Assembly (NCBI GenBank): GCA_964342815.1
Contig: CAYFHS010000002.1
Coordinates: 278,282 to 342,281 of the forward strand
Source: an uncultured archaeon
GTDB lineage: Archaea > Thermoplasmatota > Penumbrarchaeia > JASLWR01
Length of the DNA stretch: 64,000 nt
Direction of reading: 5' to 3'
Under the pieces are notes generated by a model, which saw only the letters and a program-made list of their open reading frames with translations, was not told the origin of the DNA and did no database searches. Positions 1 through 9,108 of the stretch are shown here, piece after piece. The position numbers were made by a program, and so were the translations under genes. Every line of letters begins with the position of its first letter. The stretch's first letter is position 1.

Positions 1-818
1 ATCATCCCGGGATCGGATGCGCTGCTTTCCAGCAAAACCGGGAAACCGAAAGGCCTGAATTTCTTTTTGATAGCGGATCTGCGTAGTATGGTAAGATTCC
101 TGAGTGCATCACCGAGTTGTTTTGGCCCAAAATCGAGTACGATATCTTCGACGCCTTTTCCCTTGACCTTCTCCGAGAGTTCCGCCAGTCCGTTCAGGTC
201 TTCGCAGTAGACTACCAGGGGTAATTTCAGTTCCGCCGCCAGACCCGCCATGGCTTCCCAGTTATCCTGGGTTGCACGATACAAAAGGGGTCTCGCACTC
301 ACGAGAGCGCGGGCTGCTCCTTCCATGGTTCCCGCATCATCCGCCATGAGTATCATGGGTTTTCCCGCAAGCGAATTGACCTTTTCCGCAGCCTCCTTGA
401 ACTTCCCCGCGTCTCCGGATGCACGCACCGCCACCATGTCCAGCTTCATTACCTGACCTATGCGGTCGAATTCGTAGGATTTTACACCGGCGGCCTTCCC
501 TTCCAGGTCGCCGTCATCGTCGGCTATTATCTGGCAAAGAAGCGTCGGATGGAAGAATTTCTTGTCGTGCCTGAACATTTCCGTCTCGTCACCCATCTCC
601 ACTTCAGCTCCGACGGGGCCGAACTTGACCTTCTTGATGGGTGGTGCCGCCGCTCCCTCGAGAGCCCCTCTTCCTGCATCGGATATGTCCGGACAGCTGT
701 CGAGCGAGGTCTTCTGGTTGGCGAGCTGCATGGCGAATGCCAGGCAGGTCGGAAAACCGCATTTGCCGCAGTTGGTTTTCGGTAACTGCATGAATATCTG
801 CATTGCATTAAGTGCCAT
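1..818 (-). CDS. acsC: Corrinoid iron-sulfur protein large (gamma) subunit, 3'-truncated at the window edge
   Basis: Not in the ORF track because it runs off the edge. Manual translation from ATG 818 gives MALNAMQIFMQLPKTNCGKCGFPTCLAFAMQLANQKTSLDSCP, the CxxCxxxxC...CP 4Fe-4S motif of AcsC/CdhE. The frame is open to position 1. Its ATG overlaps the acsD stop (TGATG). Confidence 0.93.
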   Translation of the reverse strand, partial: MALNAMQIFMQLPKTNCGKCGFPTCLAFAMQLANQKTSLDSCPDISDAGRGALEGAAAPPIKKVKFGPVGAEVEMGDETEMFRHDKKFFHPTLLCQIIADDDGDLEGKAAGVKSYEFDRIGQVMKLDMVAVRASGDAGKFKEAAEKVNSLAGKPMILMADDAGTMEGAARALVSARPLLYRATQDNWEAMAGLAAELKLPLVVYCEDLNGLAELSEKVKGKGVEDIVLDFGPKQLGDALRNLTILRRSAIKKKFRPFGFPVLLESSASDPGM

Positions 819-1777
819 CACTCACCACCCCCAGGGTAAAGTTCGTCAACAGCTTGTTTCATTCTCTGGAGAACGGAGGGGCTGTGCACTACCAGGAGTT
901 CCGCCCCGGCGACGAGAGCTGCCATGCCCGTGTCCGCTTCCCATTCGATGCCGCGTTTGGTTGGCTCTCCCAGACGGTCCCCGACCTCGTTCACATCGGG
1001 CGCAGCCCATGCAAGAGACAGGTCGCATATGATAGGTGCCTGCAGAAGGTTATCCCCCATGAGAGCAGCAAGCCGGATCCTCTCTATTATTGAATATGAA
1101 TATTCCAGACCGACCCCGAGAGCCGCCTGCAGCGGGTCCATGACAATGTTACCCAGATCAATACCGAAATCCTTCAGAAGGATCACTATCTGCTTTGCAA
1201 GGTTGATGTCGATGTTGCTGAAACCGATAACGCAGTGCCCGTTCGCCATGGAAGCAACGGCAATGGATTTGTACCAATCCTCCTCTGCCGCACCCAAAAG
1301 AAGCCGCTCCCCCTTTCCCGCCTCGGAAACCATTTCCATCAATTTCGTGTCGTTCTCATTATGTCCTGAACCATATACGATAAGAGGTACGCCAACAGCT
1401 TCCAATACTGCTTTCAGGGTATTGACAGCATCCTCGTTGCTGCCTCCATCTCCTTCGGGATTGGTGCTAACTAGCTTCAGACATAAGCCCTCGGCTCCAA
1501 ACTCAACGCATTTCTTTGCCCAGGAAACAGGGTCGTTGATGGCATCGCCGAATTCTTCCTTGACTGCTTCGGGAAAGTCCGCAGGGAGGCTGTCCAGCAC
1601 ATCCATGAAGAGCGCCGGTTTTCGTCCCGGACTTCCCTCGAAATTCAAATAAGGCAGAGCACTGGAACCGCCAATTATCACCTTGGATGTCCTTGTGCCC
1701 CCCTCCTCTTTTGTTGCCCCGATAGTGACCTCTCTTATACTTCCGCTCCATTTCTCTTTGGGTATTTCGAAAACCAT
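818..1777 (-). CDS. acsD: Corrinoid iron-sulfur protein small (delta) subunit
   Basis: 319 aa; N-terminus W-SGSIREVTIGAT..GGTR; TIM-barrel motifs ERLLLGAAEED, NIDINLAKQ, ERIRLAALMGD; lies between the ACS gene and acsC. Confidence 0.93.
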   Translation of the reverse strand: MVFEIPKEKWSGSIREVTIGATKEEGGTRTSKVIIGGSSALPYLNFEGSPGRKPALFMDVLDSLPADFPEAVKEEFGDAINDPVSWAKKCVEFGAEGLCLKLVSTNPEGDGGSNEDAVNTLKAVLEAVGVPLIVYGSGHNENDTKLMEMVSEAGKGERLLLGAAEEDWYKSIAVASMANGHCVIGFSNIDINLAKQIVILLKDFGIDLGNIVMDPLQAALGVGLEYSYSIIERIRLAALMGDNLLQAPIICDLSLAWAAPDVNEVGDRLGEPTKRGIEWEADTGMAALVAGAELLVVHSPSVLQRMKQAVDELYPGGGE

Positions 1778-1790
1778 TATTTCACGTCCT

Positions 1791-4700
1791 TTACATAAAT
1801 TCCATCAGGTTGGGAAGGGCAATGGCCGGATGACCGACCTCTATGCACCATTCCATGAGCTGCGCCGGGTCCGTTACATTTGTCTCATCCGCTATCTTGT
1901 CCAGGAAATTTGGTATCCCGAGTTCCTTTGCCCGCTGCTCCATGATCTCTCGCATATCTTCCTTCAATTGCTTGGGCATCCACATCAGTCGTTTGAAGCC
2001 GTCTTCCGCCCTGATAAACTTGGGACTCACAAGGAACTTTCTTCCTATACCGAGGAAACCGGGCGTCTGCTTACCGCCTCCAACGGAACCAGCGAGTGTG
2101 GTGAACTTCATGCCGATTGGCGTCATTCCACCGTATTCCCGGTTAACAACAATGAAACCCTGGGCATCCGCGGTCATTGCAACGATGCACTCGAAACACC
2201 CGCAGCTGGTCATTGGGAATTTCATCAAGCTGTATTGGTTGAATATCTCTATCTTTCCGTGACTGTGCTCCCTTACCGCCTGGTTGACCCCTTCCCACTG
2301 GCCCTTGTGTTCATCGATGACACCGGTCTTGGGAACCGGCTGATTTGGACCTGTGGGAGCGATCTCCTTGCTGGCCTTGGAATCCATCCAGTTGATGGCA
2401 CCGCACAGTCCAAGCCTCTCCGGGCTGATTATGCATACATGATCGGGGGCGAAGGACTGGCAAAGCGTGCAGGTGTAGAAGGTATCCACAGCCTCATCGG
2501 TGAGACCCGCCATCTTCTTGTCCCTTTCTTCGTAAGAGATCCAGGCTTCTTCTTTCCATTTTTCCAGCTCCACGGGATCGGTGACAATGGTTACCTGTAC
2601 CCTGTTAAGGATCGATCCGAACTCCTGATGCATCATGGAATAAAGGATGGTCCCGAAATCTTTGAAGCAGAACCCCTCTTTTACCGAAGCCTTGGACAGC
2701 CGTATCCATACCAGATTGCGTTGGCCCGTATGCCATCCGCCTTCGGCAAAGTTGATGAATTGATGTATCCGTCTTTCTAGAACAGGTTCGAAATCCTCCT
2801 GCATCTTCTTGCCGTATACCTCCACGAACATTCCCAGCGTTGTCGAGCCTCCTTCCTCCATCTCATCCAGGTCCGGTCCGATCAACTGTATCTTACCGTC
2901 CTCTACCTGGTCCGCCTCCCTCATTTTACACAACTCGAAACAGAGGGTCTTCGAGGCACCCCCGGCCTCAATTGCCATTCCGCTCCTTCGAACGGTCTCA
3001 CCCTCAAAGGCAGGACCGTAAGCTACAGGGATATCCACATCACCCATCTTTATGACCATGTCCCTGATCTCGATGGCGGTTGAAATGATCTGGTCATAGT
3101 CCTTCTGCATTACGTATTTCCCAGGTATCTCTTCGATATCCTGGTCGGTTATGGTAGGCGAGCCGTGGAAAAGGACGGCGAACTCCGCCGCGATCTTAAT
3201 GTCATCCAGGGGGCCCAGTTGAATAACCACTACTTTCGGACGCTTGGCCATGTATTCGTAGATTCCTTTTCGGTCTCCCGGTTCCTTTCCACCGAATATC
3301 ATTGCAGCGCGAATAGCGAAGCTTAGGCCGTGTATAGCCTGGGTGAACTCTCCAACGCAGAAAAGCATTCTGTCGAGCCCTTTCTTGTCCCCCACCTGGA
3401 TACCGGCTTCCTTGATCTGCTGGATAATGTCGAAGGTGGCGATGATCAGCATACCCTTGTTCTGCGCATTTCGGACTATCTTCTTCAATGCCTGAGGATC
3501 CTTTGCCTTACCCACCAGCACGATGGCTCCTGGGATGGTATCGTCCACGAAGCCGATCCCCAGTTCCCTGAGGACGACGTCGGAAATAAAACCGCTGTAA
3601 TTCGGGTGATCCTCGTAGGGGTTCTTGCCATCGATGTATTTTATTGCTTCAACTATCTCCGCTGCGATCATGGTCGCCTCGCCGGAAGCGATGGCGCTTT
3701 CTAGAGATATGTCGTCCTCCCTTATCCGGCGGCGGACCTTGCCAAGTATTACCGGTAACTGCCCCAGGCTCTCTACCTTTACGCCGTACCAGGCCATGAC
3801 ACAGGGAAGATAATATCCTGTATTGGGGTACTCGATCCTTGCGTTCCGTCCGAATCTGGTCATTGCGCGGTTCAGAAGGTATTCTGCATAACCGGTAGCG
3901 ATTACCGCACCGTCGATTGCCTTTCTGTAAATCTGTTCCTTCATGAGTTTAGGTCTTACGTCATCCCTGGTGGTGCCATCCCAGTATAACCCCTCAGTGT
4001 CTTCACCTATCCCAAGGCGCCACCGCCTGTATTTTATAATATTGTTCAGCTTTCTTGCTGCTTCTTGAGGGTCTTGTTCGAAAACGAAGAAACCTCCGTA
4101 AACGTCGTGGGCCGTAACCTCTGCGATCTCGGTCACCAGGGGACTTCCCTTGTGATAGGCATTGACCCCCACATGAGTAGGCCAACCCGTGGTCACGAGC
4201 CAACTCCCTATGGCTACCGCTTTCTCGCTCATGGCTTCCGGAGCGGAGCCGACGATTGGAAGCTCGGACATTTTCAGGTTCATCTTCTGGGCAAGTTTAC
4301 TAACCAAATTTTGTACCCGCGAATTGTCAACACAGGATCCCATGTGAATAATTAATGGTAATCCGCCTTCGATACCGGCCTTTTCACCCACTTCCTTCAA
4401 GAATCCCTTGAGGGAATCGCCGGCATATTCCGCTGCGGCTTCAGGTGTCAACAGTCCGTGTTTGGCATATGACTGGGCCGCACAGCCGGTGGCGAGCACA
4501 AGAACATTCTTCTTTGCAAGTTCGGTCGCCACAGTGTTATGGGCAAAATCGTGCTTGACTTTTGCATTGTTACAACCGGCAAGAAGTGCGATACCCTGCA
4601 GGGTGCCGTCATTTATCTTGTCAGCGAGATACTGGTATGGTCCGTCCGGGTTCATCATTGAAAATATCCGCTCAACCTCCTCCAGACTGAAACCTGCCAC

Positions 4701-5912
4701 CACCTTGTTCTTCACTTCCGGGATATGGATGATGCTCGGGTCACGGTTCTTGAAGGCATCCATTGCCACATTCAGGATCTCACGTGCGCATTCTTCCGCA
4801 TGCTCCTCGTGGAATTCGATATGCGTGTCGCCGGGAATCCTGGTTATCTCCTGGGTGGAGATCATCTGTGTATGGAAACATTGGGCCCACCAACCTTGAC
4901 TGGGTGCGATACATTGATAGTCCACCACCATGGCGTCGATAACCCCGGTGGCAATGGCCAGCTCTTGGATCATATAATTCGTTGCTATCGGGATCCCCCG
5001 CCTCATCAACAGCTCGTTGGCAGTACAGCATATACCGACAATGTTGAAGCCTCTTGCTCCGGCCGCTTCAGCCTCGCTCCTCATATCATCCGCCATATCG
5101 CAGATCACTTCACTGAGGATCGGATTATGGCCATGCACACAGATATTGACATGATCCTCTTTCAAGCTGCCGAGGTTCGCTTCCGATTCGATCAATTTGG
5201 GTGTGCCAAACAGGATATCCGATACTTCCGTACTGAAATTTTCTCCTGTCAGATCACCGAGCGCTGCCTTCAAACCACCAAAGATGAGCGGGACCGGGTC
5301 TGCGTCGCAACCCATTGTCGTCCTGTGCATCACCTCGCATATGCCCCGATCTATGTTCGTTGGAAGAACATTGTGCGAATCCGCGAGTTCGATCATACTG
5401 TCCGGCATCAGTTTCTTGAACCAGGTGCAAGCTTCATTTGTCTGCCGAGAAAAGTCATCGAAACCCATCGCTACCACTTCACGTGCTAATTCCAATAGGT
5501 CTTTCCCTTCCGTATCGATTCCTATCTCTCCTGCAACCCTTTTCAATTTTTCCTCATCCTTTATTCTGTAAGCTGGAGCATGTCCCTCTCCTACAGCATG
5601 TAAAGTATGGGCAATATGCCGACCGTGATCCGAATGCGCTGCAGCACCGGCCGCCGCCATTCGAATGATATTCCGGGCCACTATAGTGTAGTCCCTTGCA
5701 CCGCAAACACCTTTAGCAGGTTCTCCGCCATGCGGGTTTATCCGGCATGGCCCCTGGAGGCAGATCCTGCAACACAGACCCGTATCTCCGAATCCGCACT
5801 GCGGGGATTGTTTATCTAAACGGTCCCACAGAGTATCTAGACCTTTTTCTTTCGCTATTTCCATGAGCTCTTTTGCTACTGGATCGCTTGTTTTTTCTTC
5901 AATATCAACCAT
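1791..5912 (-). CDS. Fused anaerobic CO dehydrogenase (CooS/AcsA-type) and acetyl-CoA synthase (AcsB-type)
   Basis: 1373 aa. N-terminal ~630 aa carry the CODH ligands: CGFGDTGLCCRICLQGPC and GVCGA (D/B clusters), HGHNP, GICCT, VDYQC, LAGCNN, ATGC, HMGSCVDN (C cluster), SEKA. C-terminal ~730 aa carry the AcsB N-terminal domain (YPNTGYYLP) and A-cluster motifs CTLCQSFAPDHVC, GLCGA, TSCGCFEC. No stop codon between the halves. Confidence 0.95.
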   Translation of the reverse strand: MVDIEEKTSDPVAKELMEIAKEKGLDTLWDRLDKQSPQCGFGDTGLCCRICLQGPCRINPHGGEPAKGVCGARDYTIVARNIIRMAAAGAAAHSDHGRHIAHTLHAVGEGHAPAYRIKDEEKLKRVAGEIGIDTEGKDLLELAREVVAMGFDDFSRQTNEACTWFKKLMPDSMIELADSHNVLPTNIDRGICEVMHRTTMGCDADPVPLIFGGLKAALGDLTGENFSTEVSDILFGTPKLIESEANLGSLKEDHVNICVHGHNPILSEVICDMADDMRSEAEAAGARGFNIVGICCTANELLMRRGIPIATNYMIQELAIATGVIDAMVVDYQCIAPSQGWWAQCFHTQMISTQEITRIPGDTHIEFHEEHAEECAREILNVAMDAFKNRDPSIIHIPEVKNKVVAGFSLEEVERIFSMMNPDGPYQYLADKINDGTLQGIALLAGCNNAKVKHDFAHNTVATELAKKNVLVLATGCAAQSYAKHGLLTPEAAAEYAGDSLKGFLKEVGEKAGIEGGLPLIIHMGSCVDNSRVQNLVSKLAQKMNLKMSELPIVGSAPEAMSEKAVAIGSWLVTTGWPTHVGVNAYHKGSPLVTEIAEVTAHDVYGGFFVFEQDPQEAARKLNNIIKYRRWRLGIGEDTEGLYWDGTTRDDVRPKLMKEQIYRKAIDGAVIATGYAEYLLNRAMTRFGRNARIEYPNTGYYLPCVMAWYGVKVESLGQLPVILGKVRRRIREDDISLESAIASGEATMIAAEIVEAIKYIDGKNPYEDHPNYSGFISDVVLRELGIGFVDDTIPGAIVLVGKAKDPQALKKIVRNAQNKGMLIIATFDIIQQIKEAGIQVGDKKGLDRMLFCVGEFTQAIHGLSFAIRAAMIFGGKEPGDRKGIYEYMAKRPKVVVIQLGPLDDIKIAAEFAVLFHGSPTITDQDIEEIPGKYVMQKDYDQIISTAIEIRDMVIKMGDVDIPVAYGPAFEGETVRRSGMAIEAGGASKTLCFELCKMREADQVEDGKIQLIGPDLDEMEEGGSTTLGMFVEVYGKKMQEDFEPVLERRIHQFINFAEGGWHTGQRNLVWIRLSKASVKEGFCFKDFGTILYSMMHQEFGSILNRVQVTIVTDPVELEKWKEEAWISYEERDKKMAGLTDEAVDTFYTCTLCQSFAPDHVCIISPERLGLCGAINWMDSKASKEIAPTGPNQPVPKTGVIDEHKGQWEGVNQAVREHSHGKIEIFNQYSLMKFPMTSCGCFECIVAMTADAQGFIVVNREYGGMTPIGMKFTTLAGSVGGGKQTPGFLGIGRKFLVSPKFIRAEDGFKRLMWMPKQLKEDMREIMEQRAKELGIPNFLDKIADETNVTDPAQLMEWCIEVGHPAIALPNLMEFM

Positions 5913-5977
5913 TTTATTTGCCCCTTCGTTGTTGGTTAAAAAGGTTTAAAATTTAAATCAAGAAGGCCCCATATATC

Positions 5978-6421
5978 TTAAGCATCGGTTTCGATCACTA
6001 ATAAAGCATCTACCGGGCATTGAGCAACGCAGGCAGGTGTTTCATCATCCAGGCACAGATCACATTTTACCGATTTTCCTTCGTCCGTCATCTGTATGGC
6101 GTCGAATGGACAGGCCTCAATACAGTTACCGCATCCGTCGCATATCTTCGCATCGATATACACGTAACCGTCATCCTGCTGGATTATGGCATTCTCGGGA
6201 CAGGCATCCACACATTTGGGTTTCTTGCAGAACACACACCTTATCATTTTCGGCTTTCCCTTTTTCTCGGTGATGGTGATGCGCGTAACCGGGCGGAGAC
6301 CCAATTGGGATATCTCGGAAGTACTGTTGGCTTCACTATGCACCAGGGCGCACGCGTTCTCGCAAGAATGGCATGTGACGCATAATTTGGCGTTGAAACG
6401 CACTTGCCTCAAAATATTCAC
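5978..6421 (-). CDS. CooF/DmsB-like multi-[4Fe-4S] ferredoxin, likely electron partner of the CODH
   Basis: Four Cys clusters (CVTCHSCENAC, CVFCKKPKCVDAC, CDGCGNCIEACP, KCDLC...ACVAQCP); first gene of the CODH/ACS run. Confidence 0.85.
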   Translation of the reverse strand: MNILRQVRFNAKLCVTCHSCENACALVHSEANSTSEISQLGLRPVTRITITEKKGKPKMIRCVFCKKPKCVDACPENAIIQQDDGYVYIDAKICDGCGNCIEACPFDAIQMTDEGKSVKCDLCLDDETPACVAQCPVDALLVIETDA

Positions 6422-6893
6422 CTCGGATATTTGGTATTTTTTTATATTAATAGTAGGGCATTAGTACAATTCAGGTCTGATAATTAGGAGTGTTGTCCTA
6501 CCGCAGGTGCGCATACAATTAATAATATTAATATGTTTTGAGTCCTTTAATTAGTCCTTTCCATACCGATGGGATTCCATAAGAAATCATAAAACCCCCC
6601 AAACGGTCCCTGTGACTGGGAGAGGTGTGGAATGATGGTGTTGAATCCTTAAATCCGGGAGCAGAATGATTCTTCTTCCGGACTGATATTTCCGACGTAA
6701 CAATTAAATTATTTGCTTATCAAACAACTTATTATATGTTAAAAAGTGACATTTGCGACCGGACCTTCCCCTTTGATGGGTGATCCGGGCAAGTATCTCA
6801 GAAGGCTTTTACCATGATTATACTTAAATATAGATATTCAGAATAGAGCTGAAAAGGCAGATTTGTCAATTAGCGGTTTCAGGTGATCATCAA

Positions 6894-7199
6894 ATGGCTA
6901 GGAAGAAAGATAAAAAAGGAGATCTAATGGAGACCGATCTTGACGAGGACCATAATTTCCAGGATGATGATATTCTGGAGCGCATGAGGAATGAACGGGT
7001 GCGAACGGAGGAAGAGATTTTCATACTGATGAAGGAAGCGGGGAAAGGGCTTTTTCAGAGTCAGGTTGAACTGAAACAGGCTCCCTGGAAAGTTGTCTGG
7101 TTAAAACAGGACCTCATGCTAGAACGTCAGGAAAAGATCATCGAACTGCTATCCAATATCAACAAGAACTTGGAAAAAATGTTGATAAAAGGAAAATAA
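6894..7199 (+). CDS. Hypothetical protein, acidic N-terminus and coiled-coil C-terminus
   Basis: 101-aa ORF with GGTGA ribosome-binding site; 19 bp upstream of kptA. Confidence 0.6.
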   Translation: MARKKDKKGDLMETDLDEDHNFQDDDILERMRNERVRTEEEIFILMKEAGKGLFQSQVELKQAPWKVVWLKQDLMLERQEKIIELLSNINKNLEKMLIKGK

Positions 7200-7218
7200 T
7201 TTTTATTTATTCGAAGAG

Positions 7219-7899
7219 ATGATGGAAATGTTGGGAGCGTGTTTGGAACATGGTTATTATAGGGGTGAACGATGCCCCTTTTGCGATCAGCCGGGAAAAT
7301 TTCTCATGAATGATGGTGAAATGGAGTCCATTGGACGAATGATGGCTGGAATATTACGTCATTTCCCCGAGAAGTTCAATCTACCAATTGACCACACTGG
7401 TTGGGTGGATCTCATAGGACTTATCGAAGCAATCAAGAGTCGAAGGAAACAATTCTACTGGTTGAGGCAGCATCATGTTCGGGCAATGGTGGATACTGAC
7501 AAGAAGGGACGATATCAGACGGTTGGAAATTCGATACGGGCAACCTACGGTCATACCATCGACGTGGAACCGGACCTGCCTCGAACGAACATCCCTGACG
7601 TGCTTTTTTATCCCACGAGCCATGCGGAAGCGGATCTCTTGATGGAAAGCGGCTTGATGCCCGTGGATCGAAAGAAGGTGCATTTAAGCAAGACCCTGGA
7701 TTCGGCCATGATAGCAGGGAAATTCCGTGTCGACGAACCAGTCATAGTACGAGTAGACGCCAAGGGAGCCATACTTGGCGGCTATCCCATTGGAGAGGCC
7801 GGCAGTACCGTATACATTGCCAAAGAGATACCGCCAAAATATTTGTCCTTGATCAATGATGAAGATCACGATGAGATGCGGTTGATAAATCTGGAATAA
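7219..7899 (+). CDS. kptA: RNA 2'-phosphotransferase (KptA/Tpt1) with N-terminal zinc ribbon
   Basis: Motifs LRHFPE, DKKGRY, IRATYGHTI, RKKVHLS; N-terminal CxxH...CxxC. Confidence 0.92.
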   Translation: MMEMLGACLEHGYYRGERCPFCDQPGKFLMNDGEMESIGRMMAGILRHFPEKFNLPIDHTGWVDLIGLIEAIKSRRKQFYWLRQHHVRAMVDTDKKGRYQTVGNSIRATYGHTIDVEPDLPRTNIPDVLFYPTSHAEADLLMESGLMPVDRKKVHLSKTLDSAMIAGKFRVDEPVIVRVDAKGAILGGYPIGEAGSTVYIAKEIPPKYLSLINDEDHDEMRLINLE

Positions 7900-7911
7900 A
7901 TATTTTTAACC

Positions 7912-7925
7912 TTTTTTGCAAAAAA
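7912..7925. terminator. T6-GC-A6 palindrome just after kptA, possible terminator
   Basis: TTTTTTGCAAAAAA 12 bp after the stop; oligo-T tracts terminate archaeal transcripts. Confidence 0.35.
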
Positions 7926-8007
7926 ATCCCCATTTGTCTTGTTTAGAGGCATTCAGGGATCGGATTTTCACACGGGCATTTCCCTTCGAGAAATTTTCAT
8001 GACAATG

Positions 8008-8062
8008 TTTATATAGGGTAAATTACATTGTTGTTAATGGTGAGTATACAACCCGAGGTTGT
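8008..8062 (+). promoter_or_regulatory. TATA box and inverted-repeat operator candidate upstream of the heat-shock regulator
   Basis: TTTATATA at 8008-8015; ACAAC-N5-GTTGT at 8048-8062, ending 5 bp before ATG 8068. Confidence 0.5.
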
Positions 8063-8067
8063 TAACC

Positions 8068-8793
8068 ATGAGTGCGCAAGTTCCGCCCGAAAAGACAATA
8101 TCTCTCGACGAGCTGCTGAGGATATTGGAGAATCCAACACGCAGGCAGATACTTGCCAAATTGACGAGGGAAAGGCATTACCCGCTTCAGTTATCGAAAG
8201 AACTGAACGTCTCACAGCAGTCGATAATGAAACATATGAAAGTGCTTGAGGAATACGGTCTCGTGAAGAGTGAAATGCAGAGGAGTCCCGGGGGGCCGCC
8301 CAGAAAACAATATGTCCCTGCTGCGCATTTCTCAATCGAGATATATCTATCCCCGGACACTTTCAGGGCGGAACTGCGGGATCAGTCCAAGCACTTGAGA
8401 ACTCAGTTGCCCACTGTGTCCGATGCTGCGTCGAGGGATGTGGGTGAAAAGATCATACGCTTCGGTCATGAGCTGGAACGATGTATCAACACCCCGGATT
8501 CCCAAGAATGCCTGAAACGAATATCGCAATTGATCAGGGTAATGAACCGCGAGATAGAAAAACGTGAGTCGCAGCGGGATATGCTGTTGAAACTGCGCTC
8601 TGTCGCATTAAGGGTGGGGCGCGAGGTTATCGCCGAAATGGCGGACAGCTACACCACCCGGAAGATATTGTATTATTATATAGAAGAGGACGAAATGGAT
8701 ATTGATACGCTCTCGGAAGAGATGGACATGAGAGTGAAAGTTATCGAGAAAGCCGTGAAAAAATTATTTCACGGCCTGTTTCAGGAGGATTGA
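8068..8793 (+). CDS. ArsR-family winged-helix regulator, probable heat-shock repressor (Phr/HSR1-like)
   Basis: LENPTRRQILAKL...LSKELNVSQQSIMKHMKVLEEYGLV...GGPPRKQY, then a coiled coil and a second HTH-like end; first gene of the dnaK locus. ATG 8068 preferred over the track's 8059. Confidence 0.8.
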   Translation: MSAQVPPEKTISLDELLRILENPTRRQILAKLTRERHYPLQLSKELNVSQQSIMKHMKVLEEYGLVKSEMQRSPGGPPRKQYVPAAHFSIEIYLSPDTFRAELRDQSKHLRTQLPTVSDAASRDVGEKIIRFGHELERCINTPDSQECLKRISQLIRVMNREIEKRESQRDMLLKLRSVALRVGREVIAEMADSYTTRKILYYYIEEDEMDIDTLSEEMDMRVKVIEKAVKKLFHGLFQED

Positions 8794-9020
8794 AAATGCA
8801 GATATTCAACCTGATAAGGACCATGGCGATCATGGAAAATATTCAGATGTGGGAGAAGGAGGGATTTGCGATCAATATCCTGTTCGAAGGAAACGCTTTT
8901 CCGTTTGATGCATTTGCACCAATGAATGAAATGGAATCGACTGGACAAAAGTCACGAGAAAAATATGAGGAACCCAATGAAGAGGAGCTCGGAAAATGGC
9001 AAGGAACGAAAGAACAGTAA
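8790..9020 (+). CDS. Small hypothetical protein or gene remnant between the regulator and dnaK
   Basis: 76-aa ORF overlapping the regulator stop by 4 bp; no recognisable GrpE or Hsp20 motif. Confidence 0.35.
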   Translation: MKMQIFNLIRTMAIMENIQMWEKEGFAINILFEGNAFPFDAFAPMNEMESTGQKSREKYEEPNEEELGKWQGTKEQ

Positions 9021-9108
9021 TTGTACGAAATTCCTCCCGAGAAGGTGAAATGGAACAAGGAAAAAGCACAAAATCAATATCAGTAAATCAAAAAGGAAGT
9101 GATGAAAA

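Noticed and set aside
1683-2780. 365-aa plus-strand ORF and other long antisense ORFs (924-1652, 4725-5489, 24939-25784, 54608-55474, 61815-62606)
   Set aside because: They lie wholly opposite well-supported genes and have no recognisable motifs; they are shadow ORFs.
6422-6893. Riboswitch or operator in the AT-rich region upstream of the CODH operon (TAGGA-N6-TCCTA; AGTCCTTT direct repeat; CCGGA...TCCGG hairpin)
   Set aside because: Short matches expected by chance; no known RNA motif recognised.
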